Shown: positions 7,169 through 13,303 of the stretch, in pieces
How the letters are laid out: each line of letters begins with the position of its first letter
Position numbering within the stretch: the first letter of the stretch is position 1
From: a virus
Virus record (IMG/VR): IMGVR_UViG_3300021403_000540
Direction: 5' to 3' (one strand)
Length of the DNA: 17,444 nt
The notes under the pieces: generated by a model
What the model saw: only the letters and a program-made list of their open reading frames with translations
What the model was told of the DNA's origin: nothing
Databases searched by the model: none
Translations under genes and position numbers: made by a program

Positions 7169-7896
7169 GTGACGAGCGGGGGAGTAACGAGAGTGATCTG
7201 GCGGTCGGCGGTGACGAAGGCGAGAGTCCGTTGAGTCATGACACCGGGATCACCATCCACATCGAGGTCCCAAGCGCGTTGGAAGGCCATGACAGCTTCT
7301 CGGCAGAGCTGACTCGATAGGTTCCCATCGACCTCGCCGCCGTAGAACTTCAGTTGTGCCAGGTAGCTCTGAATCTGGACTGGCGACATGTTGAAGTCGG
7401 TCCCGTACCTCTCCATGATCCGTGCCTCTACGGCGCTTGCCCACGTGACCGGCTTGTTGATGTCGCAGTACTGGAGGTACTTCTGCGGATCGGTTCCGAG
7501 ATAGTTGAAGTGCCACGCCTCAGACTCATCCGGCCCCAAACCATCTCGTCGATGACAGAACCAGTTGTGGGCTTTCATGACCTCGACGATGTCACCGTAG
7601 TGGATCTTATACAGCTTCATGATGCCGTAGAGATCGAGATCGACGGCGAGGCCGTACCCATGTGGGCTGTACCCCGGTCTCTGCACGCCACGTTTCACTC
7701 GCCGTGCAGCGAGAGACGCGTCAGCTGACCGCCACATGTCCGTGTAGACATAGCCGCCGGTCGCTTTGTCGAGCACGAGAAGCTGTGGCCCGACGTCGGG
7801 GGCGAGGTACCGCATGCGGCGCGGCACTTGCCCCTTGTAGTCGGCGTCGTCCGGGCCCTTTATAGTCGCAGGCATCTCAACCAACTTGAGAATCAC
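7165..7896 (-). CDS. Endolysin: peptidase M15 (LAS-type zinc D,D-/L-Ala-D-Glu peptidase) with a C-terminal peptidoglycan-binding domain.
   Basis: YSPHGYGLAVDL matches the S-x-H-x-x-G-x-A-x-D motif, and EAWHFNY supplies the second zinc-ligand His of the VanY/M15 family. The C-terminal GGEVDGNLSSQLCREAVMAFQRAWDLDVDGDPGVMTQRTL has the look of PG_binding_1 (DG..G..T..A...FQ...L..DG). The start is GTG at 7896 with GGAGG 5 nt upstream. Confidence 0.85.
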   Translation of the reverse strand: MILKLVEMPATIKGPDDADYKGQVPRRMRYLAPDVGPQLLVLDKATGGYVYTDMWRSADASLAARRVKRGVQRPGYSPHGYGLAVDLDLYGIMKLYKIHYGDIVEVMKAHNWFCHRRDGLGPDESEAWHFNYLGTDPQKYLQYCDINKPVTWASAVEARIMERYGTDFNMSPVQIQSYLAQLKFYGGEVDGNLSSQLCREAVMAFQRAWDLDVDGDPGVMTQRTLAFVTADRQITLVTPPLVT

Positions 7897-8267
7897 TTCG
7901 GCCTCCGAGCGAGCGTCGGCATCTTGTGCTTCGCCTCTGCTCCGTCATTCACATGGTAACAGGCGGGATCGCCGAGGCAACTCGCCCCTCCAGTCGTACA
8001 GTAGATGGTGTCGATGTCATCGAAGCAGCCTGATGCCCCAGTGCAGTGGGCGCAGGCAAGCCCATCTCTCGTGAAGAGGGCGTCGCAGACATCATTGGCT
8101 GTGACCGTCATGTTCGATGGGCAGAATGGCAGCCCATAGATGTTGACCTTGCCAGCCATATCTCGCGGAGGGGCTGGCACCATGTCAATCACAGGTGGTG
8201 GGGTCGGAATGGGTTGAGGGTGACAGGAGGAGCACGCCACCAGTAGCACAAAGGGAAGCCATCTCAT
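7893..8267 (-). CDS. Cys- and Pro-rich lipoprotein of about 125 aa (o-spanin-like or periplasmic, disulfide-rich).
   Basis: The track ORF 7893..8384 has an implausible N-terminus. The internal ATG at 8267 gives MRWLPFVLLVACSS (signal peptide plus LVAC lipobox), then PQPIPTPPPVIDMVPAPP, then about 10 Cys. It is 2 nt from the protease stop and overlaps the endolysin GTG start (GTGA). Confidence 0.6.
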   Translation of the reverse strand: MRWLPFVLLVACSSCHPQPIPTPPPVIDMVPAPPRDMAGKVNIYGLPFCPSNMTVTANDVCDALFTRDGLACAHCTGASGCFDDIDTIYCTTGGASCLGDPACYHVNDGAEAKHKMPTLARRPK

Positions 8268-8269
8268 GA

Positions 8270-9070
8270 TCACACCATCGCTCGTCGAATTGTCCAGCAG
8301 TCCGAGGCTAGCGCCCCAGCCCCGCCTTGCCAGAAGGACATCGGCAGCCAGAAGTAGCCCTGGAGGCCCCAGCCTGTGCCCCACGAGTTTTGGCAGAGCA
8401 CTGCGCCCTGCTCATGCCCGCACATCTGATTGATGTCGTAGCCGATCGCCATGACCGCGTGACCGCCGTCAAACGACTCTCCCGGCTCTGGTGGCAGAAC
8501 GATGCCTGTGCTGGCGCACTGGTCGCTCATCATATTGTCTGGCACTGAGAAGCCGATGACGATTGGGAAGCCCTGCGCCAATGAGGCTCTAAGTGTATAG
8601 AGACTCGGGCAGCGGTAGTACATCATGGCCTTGTGCTGCAGACCGTCTTGCTTGGATTGGTCTGGCGGTTCTTCTGTGAACTTCGAAGTGTCGTAAGGCC
8701 AGTCGGTCTCGTAGGGCACGCCGTACTGCGCCAGCGTTTTCATGACATCGCGAATCTCCGCGCCTGAGTCCTCGTTCAGCGGCGTTCCTTCCAAGTGGCG
8801 GGTCATCGCGTAGAGGAAGAGGCGCGAGAAGAGGATGGACTGCTTACTCTTCTTCTCGAGGAAGGCCATGGCTGAGCAGCTCGAGTTTGCGGTACACGAG
8901 CCGATCTCGCCTTGGTCCACCACTGGTGGGCACTGAGGGCGCAAATCGACGGAGTTTGGGAGCTGGACTGTCTCGGCGACCGTAAGGTGTCTATCGCGAG
9001 GATCCGGCTTATCCGGCCGCCAGCCCTTCATGTGCCGGCAGGCGCCGGCGACCTCTACGATTCGACTCAC
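8270..9070 (-). CDS. Papain-like cysteine protease (family C1-like).
   Basis: QGEIGSCTANS matches the catalytic-Cys block (QGxCGSCWAF). GGHAVMAIGYD is the catalytic His block. NSWGTGWGLQGYFWL is the Asn/Trp block (NSWG..WG..GY). The start is GTG at 9070 with GGAGG 7 nt upstream, and it overlaps the upstream stop (GTGA). Confidence 0.85.
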   Translation of the reverse strand: MSRIVEVAGACRHMKGWRPDKPDPRDRHLTVAETVQLPNSVDLRPQCPPVVDQGEIGSCTANSSCSAMAFLEKKSKQSILFSRLFLYAMTRHLEGTPLNEDSGAEIRDVMKTLAQYGVPYETDWPYDTSKFTEEPPDQSKQDGLQHKAMMYYRCPSLYTLRASLAQGFPIVIGFSVPDNMMSDQCASTGIVLPPEPGESFDGGHAVMAIGYDINQMCGHEQGAVLCQNSWGTGWGLQGYFWLPMSFWQGGAGALASDCWTIRRAMV

Positions 9071-9513
9071 AACAGGACCTCCTTGCCGTCCGGGCCCTTG
9101 ATCTTGAACTTCACGGTGGTGTTGCCGAAGTGCTTCTGCTTGTACGCGGATAGTCGACTACTGACCTCACGGCGTGCAGCCAGCATCGTAGGAGATGCCG
9201 AGGGCTTGCCGAAGATCAAGTTTTGGAGCTCAGCTAGGAAGCAGCCCCCATCCTTGACTCCCATCGACTCCGCCTGGGTCTCGATGTTGTCCCATGGAAT
9301 GTTGTTCGGATCGGTGCCTCCGGTAATGAGGCCCATCACGATTGAGGCGAAGTAGGGCAGCGCACCCTCTACTGCACCAGTCGTGCAGTCAACGACATCA
9401 TGGGCGATGATGCAGCCAGGATCATTCGCTTTGGCTTGGTCCGTCCAGCAAGAGCAGCTGGTCAATGTGAGCGATGCAATCGCGATTCCGAGAAGCAATG
9501 CCATAGTCTTCAT
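9067..9513 (-). CDS. Lipoprotein of about 148 aa, a candidate o-spanin partner of the upstream membrane protein.
   Basis: The internal ATG at 9513 is preceded by AGGAGA with a 6-nt spacer. The N-terminus MKTMALLLGIAIASLTLTSCSC is a signal peptide plus LTSC lipobox. The longer track ORF has an R/S/P-rich leader that is not credible. Confidence 0.65.
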   Translation of the reverse strand: MKTMALLLGIAIASLTLTSCSCWTDQAKANDPGCIIAHDVVDCTTGAVEGALPYFASIVMGLITGGTDPNNIPWDNIETQAESMGVKDGGCFLAELQNLIFGKPSASPTMLAARREVSSRLSAYKQKHFGNTTVKFKIKGPDGKEVLL

Positions 9514-9526
9514 CTTGGGTCTCCTA

Positions 9527-9961
9527 TTAGGCAGCTGGCTTGAGGGGCGCGGAGTCAGGAACATTGATACGCTCGAGCTTGAGATCGTGGACCTTCGCTT
9601 CGATCTTGGTGGATAGGTTCTTGTCAGCATCTTCCCAGCCGAGGACCTTCTTCAGCTCTTCGATGCCCTTCTCACCGTAGTGGGACTTCACAGAATCGAT
9701 GGCCGATGTCTTCGCTTCTGCTAAAACTTGGTTCATGTTGTCGCCTGGTTTGAGCGAGCCAATGACACGCTGTTGCGCATCCTTCACCGCATCTTCGCTC
9801 ACTTGATCCAAGCGATCGAGCGCGCCCAGGACCTTCGTGTTTGTCGTCTTACTCTTCAAGTATGTGATCGCGTACCCGATCAGAGCGCACAGGAGCCCTC
9901 CGAGCACCGCCACGAGAGTCGGGAGCAACTGCACTACACCTTGTTCGAGAGCCTGTCTCAT
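9527..9961 (-). CDS. N-terminally membrane-anchored helical protein (i-spanin-like or holin-like).
   Basis: The 144-aa ORF has one hydrophobic helix (LLPTLVAVLGGLLCALIGYAITYL), then a charged and predicted-helical region. GGAGG lies 5 nt upstream of the ATG at 9961. It sits directly upstream of a lipoprotein gene, which is the i-/o-spanin arrangement. Confidence 0.55.
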   Translation of the reverse strand: MRQALEQGVVQLLPTLVAVLGGLLCALIGYAITYLKSKTTNTKVLGALDRLDQVSEDAVKDAQQRVIGSLKPGDNMNQVLAEAKTSAIDSVKSHYGEKGIEELKKVLGWEDADKNLSTKIEAKVHDLKLERINVPDSAPLKPAA

Positions 9962-10101
9962 TTATGCCTCCTGCGCCGGAGTCTACAGGAATTGAGATCC
10001 GAGAGAGAAGAGTGGTTGACCAACGGATTTAATATGTCGAGTTGAGCATCCTTCTCACAGAACAAAATCGCCCGTAGACACGTTATAGGAGGTCGCAGGC
10101 C

Positions 10102-10632
10102 ATGAGGTACCTACTCGCACTGGTAGCCCTTCTGGGTGGGTGTGGGGACAAGTCACCGCCGATGGAGCCGGATCTTGCGATGTCTTTGGACGAAGACATG
10201 GCGAAGTTCGTTGGCCCCGATATGGTGAGGATCCCAGAGGACATGACGATCCCACCTTGTGGCGTTCCGCCGGCTGGTATCTACAACGAGTACACTATCT
10301 TTGGGTACAGAAACATCCCGACTGGACCCGACGCCAACAATCTCGGCACGAGTACGACTGTGATTGTGCAGCCGGATGGGGCCATGGTCCGTCCCCTGAC
10401 GCCGATCACGAACATCAGCTTGTGGCACTGCACATCCGCCGCCATGGCCTCGCCGTCCAATTGCCAGGCCCCATGCTGTGATGGATCTCCCCAAGCTGTG
10501 CCGATCGTCTACTTCGCGAAGAATGGCTGGACACTTTTCCGACCAGGCCAGTGCATCTGGACAGATCCGAACCAGGTGGTCTACTACGTTGATGTCCAGC
10601 AGGTCAGTGGCACGAGAGTGATGGGGCCCTAG
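10102..10632 (+). CDS. Lipoprotein, Cys-rich (175 aa).
   Basis: GGAGG lies 9 nt upstream of the ATG. The N-terminus MRYLLALVALLGGCGD is a signal peptide plus lipobox. Several Cys pairs are present (PPCG, CQAPCC). Confidence 0.7.
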   Translation: MRYLLALVALLGGCGDKSPPMEPDLAMSLDEDMAKFVGPDMVRIPEDMTIPPCGVPPAGIYNEYTIFGYRNIPTGPDANNLGTSTTVIVQPDGAMVRPLTPITNISLWHCTSAAMASPSNCQAPCCDGSPQAVPIVYFAKNGWTLFRPGQCIWTDPNQVVYYVDVQQVSGTRVMGP

Positions 10633-10913
10633 AGGTTGGTGATCAATGTGCTGAGCTCCTGCAGCAACTCCTCGCACGTCTTCAGTAGTTCTTTCAGAAA
10701 TTCACTTCCTTCGATTCGCGCTTGATCTGCAAGATGGTCAAAGCTCTCCATCATCGCGGGGAGCTTTTTCTTCACCTTCTCCACATCTCTTTTTAGCTCT
10801 CTGAGGTCGAAGGCAGTGTCCTCGCCGAGCTTTCGATGGACTTCAACAGCCTGGCGCACCCGACGGAGGTGCTCCTTGACTCGAGCGAGCTCCATACGCG
10901 GGTCTTCCTTCAT
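10629..10913 (-). CDS. Small coiled-coil protein (94 aa), hypothetical.
   Basis: The ORF is charged with heptad-like content (ELARVKEHLRRVRQAVEVHRKLGED...). It overlaps the convergent lipoprotein gene at CTAG. Confidence 0.5.
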   Translation of the reverse strand: MKEDPRMELARVKEHLRRVRQAVEVHRKLGEDTAFDLRELKRDVEKVKKKLPAMMESFDHLADQARIEGSEFLKELLKTCEELLQELSTLITNL

Positions 10914-10960
10914 AGAGGAAAGGGTCTGCCTGCTAACGACGAATGGGAAGTCTGATGGCT

Positions 10961-10992
10961 AAGAAAAACGGGTACGGAGGGACCGTACCCGT
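10961..10992 (-). terminator. Rho-independent terminator-like hairpin downstream of the 75-aa minus-strand gene.
   Basis: A 10-bp GC-rich stem (10968..10977 pairing with 10983..10992, core gggtacgg / ccgtaccc) with a 5-nt loop aggga. The plus-strand A-tract aagaaaaa at 10961..10968 gives a T-tract on the minus strand right after the hairpin. It is 5 nt past the stop at 10997. Confidence 0.5.
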
Positions 10993-10996
10993 GGGA

Positions 10997-11224
10997 CTAG
11001 TAGATCATCCACCAGTCGATCGGAGGAAGGGGAGGTGGTTCATTGCCGTGAGCCAGAGCCATTCGCGTTGCTTGGCGAAACTGACGCTGCTGCAGGTTGC
11101 GGAAGTATCTGTACCGACGGTTGTCATCCTTTCCCATCAGAGCTTGCCAGGGCCGCGTCGTGTAGCGACCGTAGGAGCCGGAATAATAGAACCACCAGCG
11201 AGGTAACTTCTTGGTGCGCGACAT
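10997..11224 (-). CDS. Small Arg/Trp/Tyr-rich protein (75 aa), hypothetical; possibly nucleic-acid binding.
   Basis: AAGGAGG is immediately upstream of the ATG at 11224. The composition is unusual (PRWWFYYSGSYGRYTTRPW...IDWWMIY). A terminator hairpin follows the gene. Confidence 0.55.
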   Translation of the reverse strand: MSRTKKLPRWWFYYSGSYGRYTTRPWQALMGKDDNRRYRYFRNLQQRQFRQATRMALAHGNEPPPLPPIDWWMIY

Positions 11225-11276
11225 GGGACCTCCTTTACGACCATGTCATGCGGCACCTCCTTTCCTCGAAGAGAGC

Positions 11277-11624
11277 TTACTCTTCGTTTTTGCCACAGAT
11301 CCGCATCACTGCCTCTCCGAGCTTTCGCGCCTCATAGGGCTTGGGGATGATGGCCGCGACAGGACGAACAGGGTCCCGATCACTGAAGGCGGTGGAGTAG
11401 ACAATCGGGACAGAGCCTTCGTAGGCTTGCAGAAATTCCTCGCCAGACATCACTGGCATCCTCTCATCGAGGATGATGCAGTCGAAGTGCTCACCGGTCG
11501 CCAGCTTGTCGAGTCCCTCCTGTCCATGACGCGCCTTGACAATATCCATCTTGTACAAGAACTTCAGGTACTCGCTGACCGCTACCTGCGTGCAGATGTC
11601 GTCCTCTATGAAGAGGATCTTCAT
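11277..11624 (-). CDS. Stand-alone response-regulator receiver (CheY-like REC) domain protein.
   Basis: MKILFIEDD carries the acidic pair. CIILDERMPVMSG carries the phospho-acceptor Asp. VYSTAFS carries the Thr/Ser. IIPKPYE carries the Lys. It is 115 aa with no output domain. Confidence 0.8.
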   Translation of the reverse strand: MKILFIEDDICTQVAVSEYLKFLYKMDIVKARHGQEGLDKLATGEHFDCIILDERMPVMSGEEFLQAYEGSVPIVYSTAFSDRDPVRPVAAIIPKPYEARKLGEAVMRICGKNEE

Positions 11625-11633
11625 GTTCCCCCC

Positions 11634-11849
11634 CTACCAGGGCCAGAGCCCCATTCGTTTGAGCCACGTCCCGAATCTATTGCCTGGATTCCTACTGCCA
11701 ACTTCGAAGCCGAGGATGTAGAAGCCCCAGCGGCCAGGAATGATGCCTTCCTTGTTCTTGAAGATCCCGATTCTCCTATCACCAAAATTTGACGAGAGCA
11801 TCCAACGCCAGATATGCGGCGGAGATATGCTGATGATTCCTATTTTCAT
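11634..11849 (-). CDS. Small Trp-rich protein (about 72 aa), hypothetical.
   Basis: An internal ATG at 11849 of the track ORF 11634..12008 gives MKIGIISISPPHIWRWML...WLKRMGLWPW. The upstream part of the track ORF overlaps the tRNA-like element and looks non-coding. The SD (GAGG) is weak. Confidence 0.4.
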   Translation of the reverse strand: MKIGIISISPPHIWRWMLSSNFGDRRIGIFKNKEGIIPGRWGFYILGFEVGSRNPGNRFGTWLKRMGLWPW

Positions 11850-11927
11850 GGGGACCTCAGAGAAGGAAAGGAGGAGACCGCCCGCTGACCATTGCTTACA
11901 GTAACCGGTCGCGGTCTTTGTCCTCGG

Positions 11928-11957
11928 TGGAGGCGAGGGGAGTCGAACCCCTGTCCA
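11928..11957 (-). ncRNA. tRNA 3'-half-like element (T-arm plus 3' acceptor strand and discriminator) with no 5' half. It is either an att-core remnant or part of a tRNA-like ncRNA.
   Basis: The minus strand reads AGGGG-TTCGACT-CCCCT-CGCCTCC-A. That is a 5-bp T-stem, a canonical 7-nt T(psi)CGA loop, a 7-nt acceptor 3' strand and discriminator A. The complementary 5' acceptor strand GGAGGCG (allowing G-U) is absent within about 200 nt upstream, and no D-arm or anticodon arm can be folded. Confidence 0.5.
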
Positions 11958-12260
11958 GTGCGATGCATGCCGACTGAATACTACGAGCGTAGACGATTGC
12001 GTCGTCAACGTGGTTCTTGTGCTACAGCGGATTACAGCTCCGACGGGCTGTCCTCGTTTACGTCACTCTGGTACTGAGGCCCCTTCCAGATGACGGATCA
12101 GGGACGCTTTGGCTCTAGGCCGCTGCGCGCTGGTCGGCGATGACGTTGTAGCTGTTGTCGTTCGCTTTTCTGGTTGGCACGCGTTTTTGACGAGGTCGCG
12201 TTCCCATCCCCGGCTCGCATTCAGTCCTCTGCTTCCACTGTCGAAACCGTTACGCCCCCG

Positions 12261-12331
12261 AGAAAGAAGACAGGGTCCAGACAGAGAGACACTCGAGGAG
12301 GGAGGATGATGGGGTTGTCTGGACCCTGTCT
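12261..12331 (-). terminator. Long perfect hairpin, a terminator candidate for the minus-strand gene 12353..12541 and possibly bidirectional.
   Basis: A 16-bp perfect stem (12268..12283 aagacagggtccagaca paired with 12316..12331) encloses about a 30-nt purine-rich loop (agagacactcgaggagggaggatgatgggg). On the minus strand it is followed by TTCTTTCT (plus strand 12261..12268). It lies 22 nt after the stop at 12353. Confidence 0.4.
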
Positions 12332-12352
12332 GTTGAGCATATAGTCGGATCT

Positions 12353-12541
12353 CTATTTCAGCAAGTGCCAGGCGGCCACCAAACAGGTCAGAGCGAAAAG
12401 AACAGCGAGGACCACGACGATGCGCCCGAATGTAGTCAAGATCCTGGGGCGCGGTCGGGGGGCGATGGGCTTCATGCGAAATACATTCGTGTCGACCTGC
12501 TCATAGTATAGATCGGCATCTTGAGCACTCGCTTGCATCAT
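12353..12541 (-). CDS. Small C-terminally anchored membrane protein (62 aa), hypothetical.
   Basis: AAGGAG lies 3 to 6 nt upstream of tandem ATGs. The C-terminal hydrophobic helix is IVVVLAVLFALTCLVAAW. A hairpin follows the gene. Confidence 0.55.
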   Translation of the reverse strand: MMQASAQDADLYYEQVDTNVFRMKPIAPRPRPRILTTFGRIVVVLAVLFALTCLVAAWHLLK

Positions 12542-12614
12542 GATCTCCTTTCGAAGAAAAGTACTTCTGCCATCCCTTACTTATCTCACGAAATCTTTGG
12601 TAGGATCTCGCATC

Positions 12615-12896
12615 ATGGAACTCGTCCACTTCGTGAAGAATGAAGAGGCGGAGCTGGCGAAGAAGATGGAGAGCAAGCTGGCGAGCCTCGATCGCCGAGC
12701 TGGAGTACTCTTCGTTGGCGTCTCTGTTCAACCATCTACTCCTGAGTCACCGACGATATATCAGGTGTGGATTGGTTGCAGCCGAGATATTGACCCGAGG
12801 ATGATCCCAACACTTGTGGAGGTGGCGCTGTACGAGGAGATGGCGGCGGGGCACGTCATCAGGACCGAAGCGAAGATGGGAAGAACTTGCAGTTGA
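12615..12896 (+). CDS. Hypothetical protein (93 aa from the internal ATG; the track ORF starts at 12540).
   Basis: MELVHFVKNEEAELAKKMESKLASL... The upstream 25 codons of the track ORF overlap the divergent gene's RBS and start, so the ATG at 12615 is preferred. No domain was recognised. Confidence 0.4.
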   Translation: MELVHFVKNEEAELAKKMESKLASLDRRAGVLFVGVSVQPSTPESPTIYQVWIGCSRDIDPRMIPTLVEVALYEEMAAGHVIRTEAKMGRTCS

Positions 12897-12931
12897 CAAC
12901 AAGTGACTTCGTCTATACGGTGTCTATACAG
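12894..12931 (+). promoter_or_regulatory. Putative promoter / operator upstream of the plus-strand small-gene operon.
   Basis: There is a perfect TTGACA at 12894..12899. It is followed by a tandem direct repeat GTCTATAC (12912..12919 and 12923..12930) containing TATAC -10-like hexamers. The spacing to the first TATAC is about 15 nt, which is suboptimal. It lies 25 to 60 nt upstream of the ATG at 12955 (RBS GAGGAG). Confidence 0.25.
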
Positions 12932-12954
12932 ACGGGGTCAGAGAGGAGAGCCTC

Positions 12955-13296
12955 ATGCCTGTGAAAGACCGCAACCCATTCGGTGAGTCGGAAATTAGCA
13001 AAGCCGACATCGGGGCGAAGAACCCTTTTGACAAGCACGACGCCGTCGTCGAGTGCCCAGTCTGCAATGAGCGTACGCCGGAGAAGATCGGCACGCGCAA
13101 CACGCCGACCCAGATCCTTCGAAGCTGCCGGACCTGCGGAAATGAATGGTCTTGTGGCAATGTCGGCGGGGCAATCATGGTCCCAATCACCAACGAGATG
13201 CTGCGTCCGCCCACAGGTGCCGAGATTGCGGCGGCCGAACCGGATGTCCCAGAAGACTTTCGCCTGAGTGGTACCGAGAGCTGGTTCGACGATTGA
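12955..13296 (+). CDS. Small zinc-ribbon protein (113 aa).
   Basis: The Cys ligands are C34-P-V-C37 ... C58-R-T-C61 (VECPVCNERTPEKIGTRNTPTQILRSCRTCGNEWSC). GAGGAG is 4 to 5 nt upstream of the ATG. Confidence 0.6.
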   Translation: MPVKDRNPFGESEISKADIGAKNPFDKHDAVVECPVCNERTPEKIGTRNTPTQILRSCRTCGNEWSCGNVGGAIMVPITNEMLRPPTGAEIAAAEPDVPEDFRLSGTESWFDD

Positions 13297-13303
13297 GGGG
13301 TCC

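Noticed and set aside
10153-10677. A 174-aa minus-strand ORF and a 113-aa plus-strand alternative-frame ORF overlapping the lipoprotein gene 10102..10632.
   Set aside because: The lipoprotein frame has a strong GGAGG RBS, a signal peptide and a lipobox. The alternatives are R/H/G-rich with no start context.
11211-11792. A 193-aa plus-strand ORF antisense to the receiver-domain gene.
   Set aside because: The minus-strand frame encodes a textbook CheY-like fold with all catalytic residues. The plus-strand translation has no motif.
11928-12060. A complete tRNA gene, including the intron-containing possibility, on the minus strand.
   Set aside because: The T-arm and 3' acceptor strand are perfect. 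No 5' acceptor strand complementary to CGCCTCC, no D-arm and no anticodon arm can be folded within 200 nt. The nearest partial match, GGAGCTG about 115 nt upstream, leaves no D-arm complementarity. It was kept only as a tRNA-like fragment.
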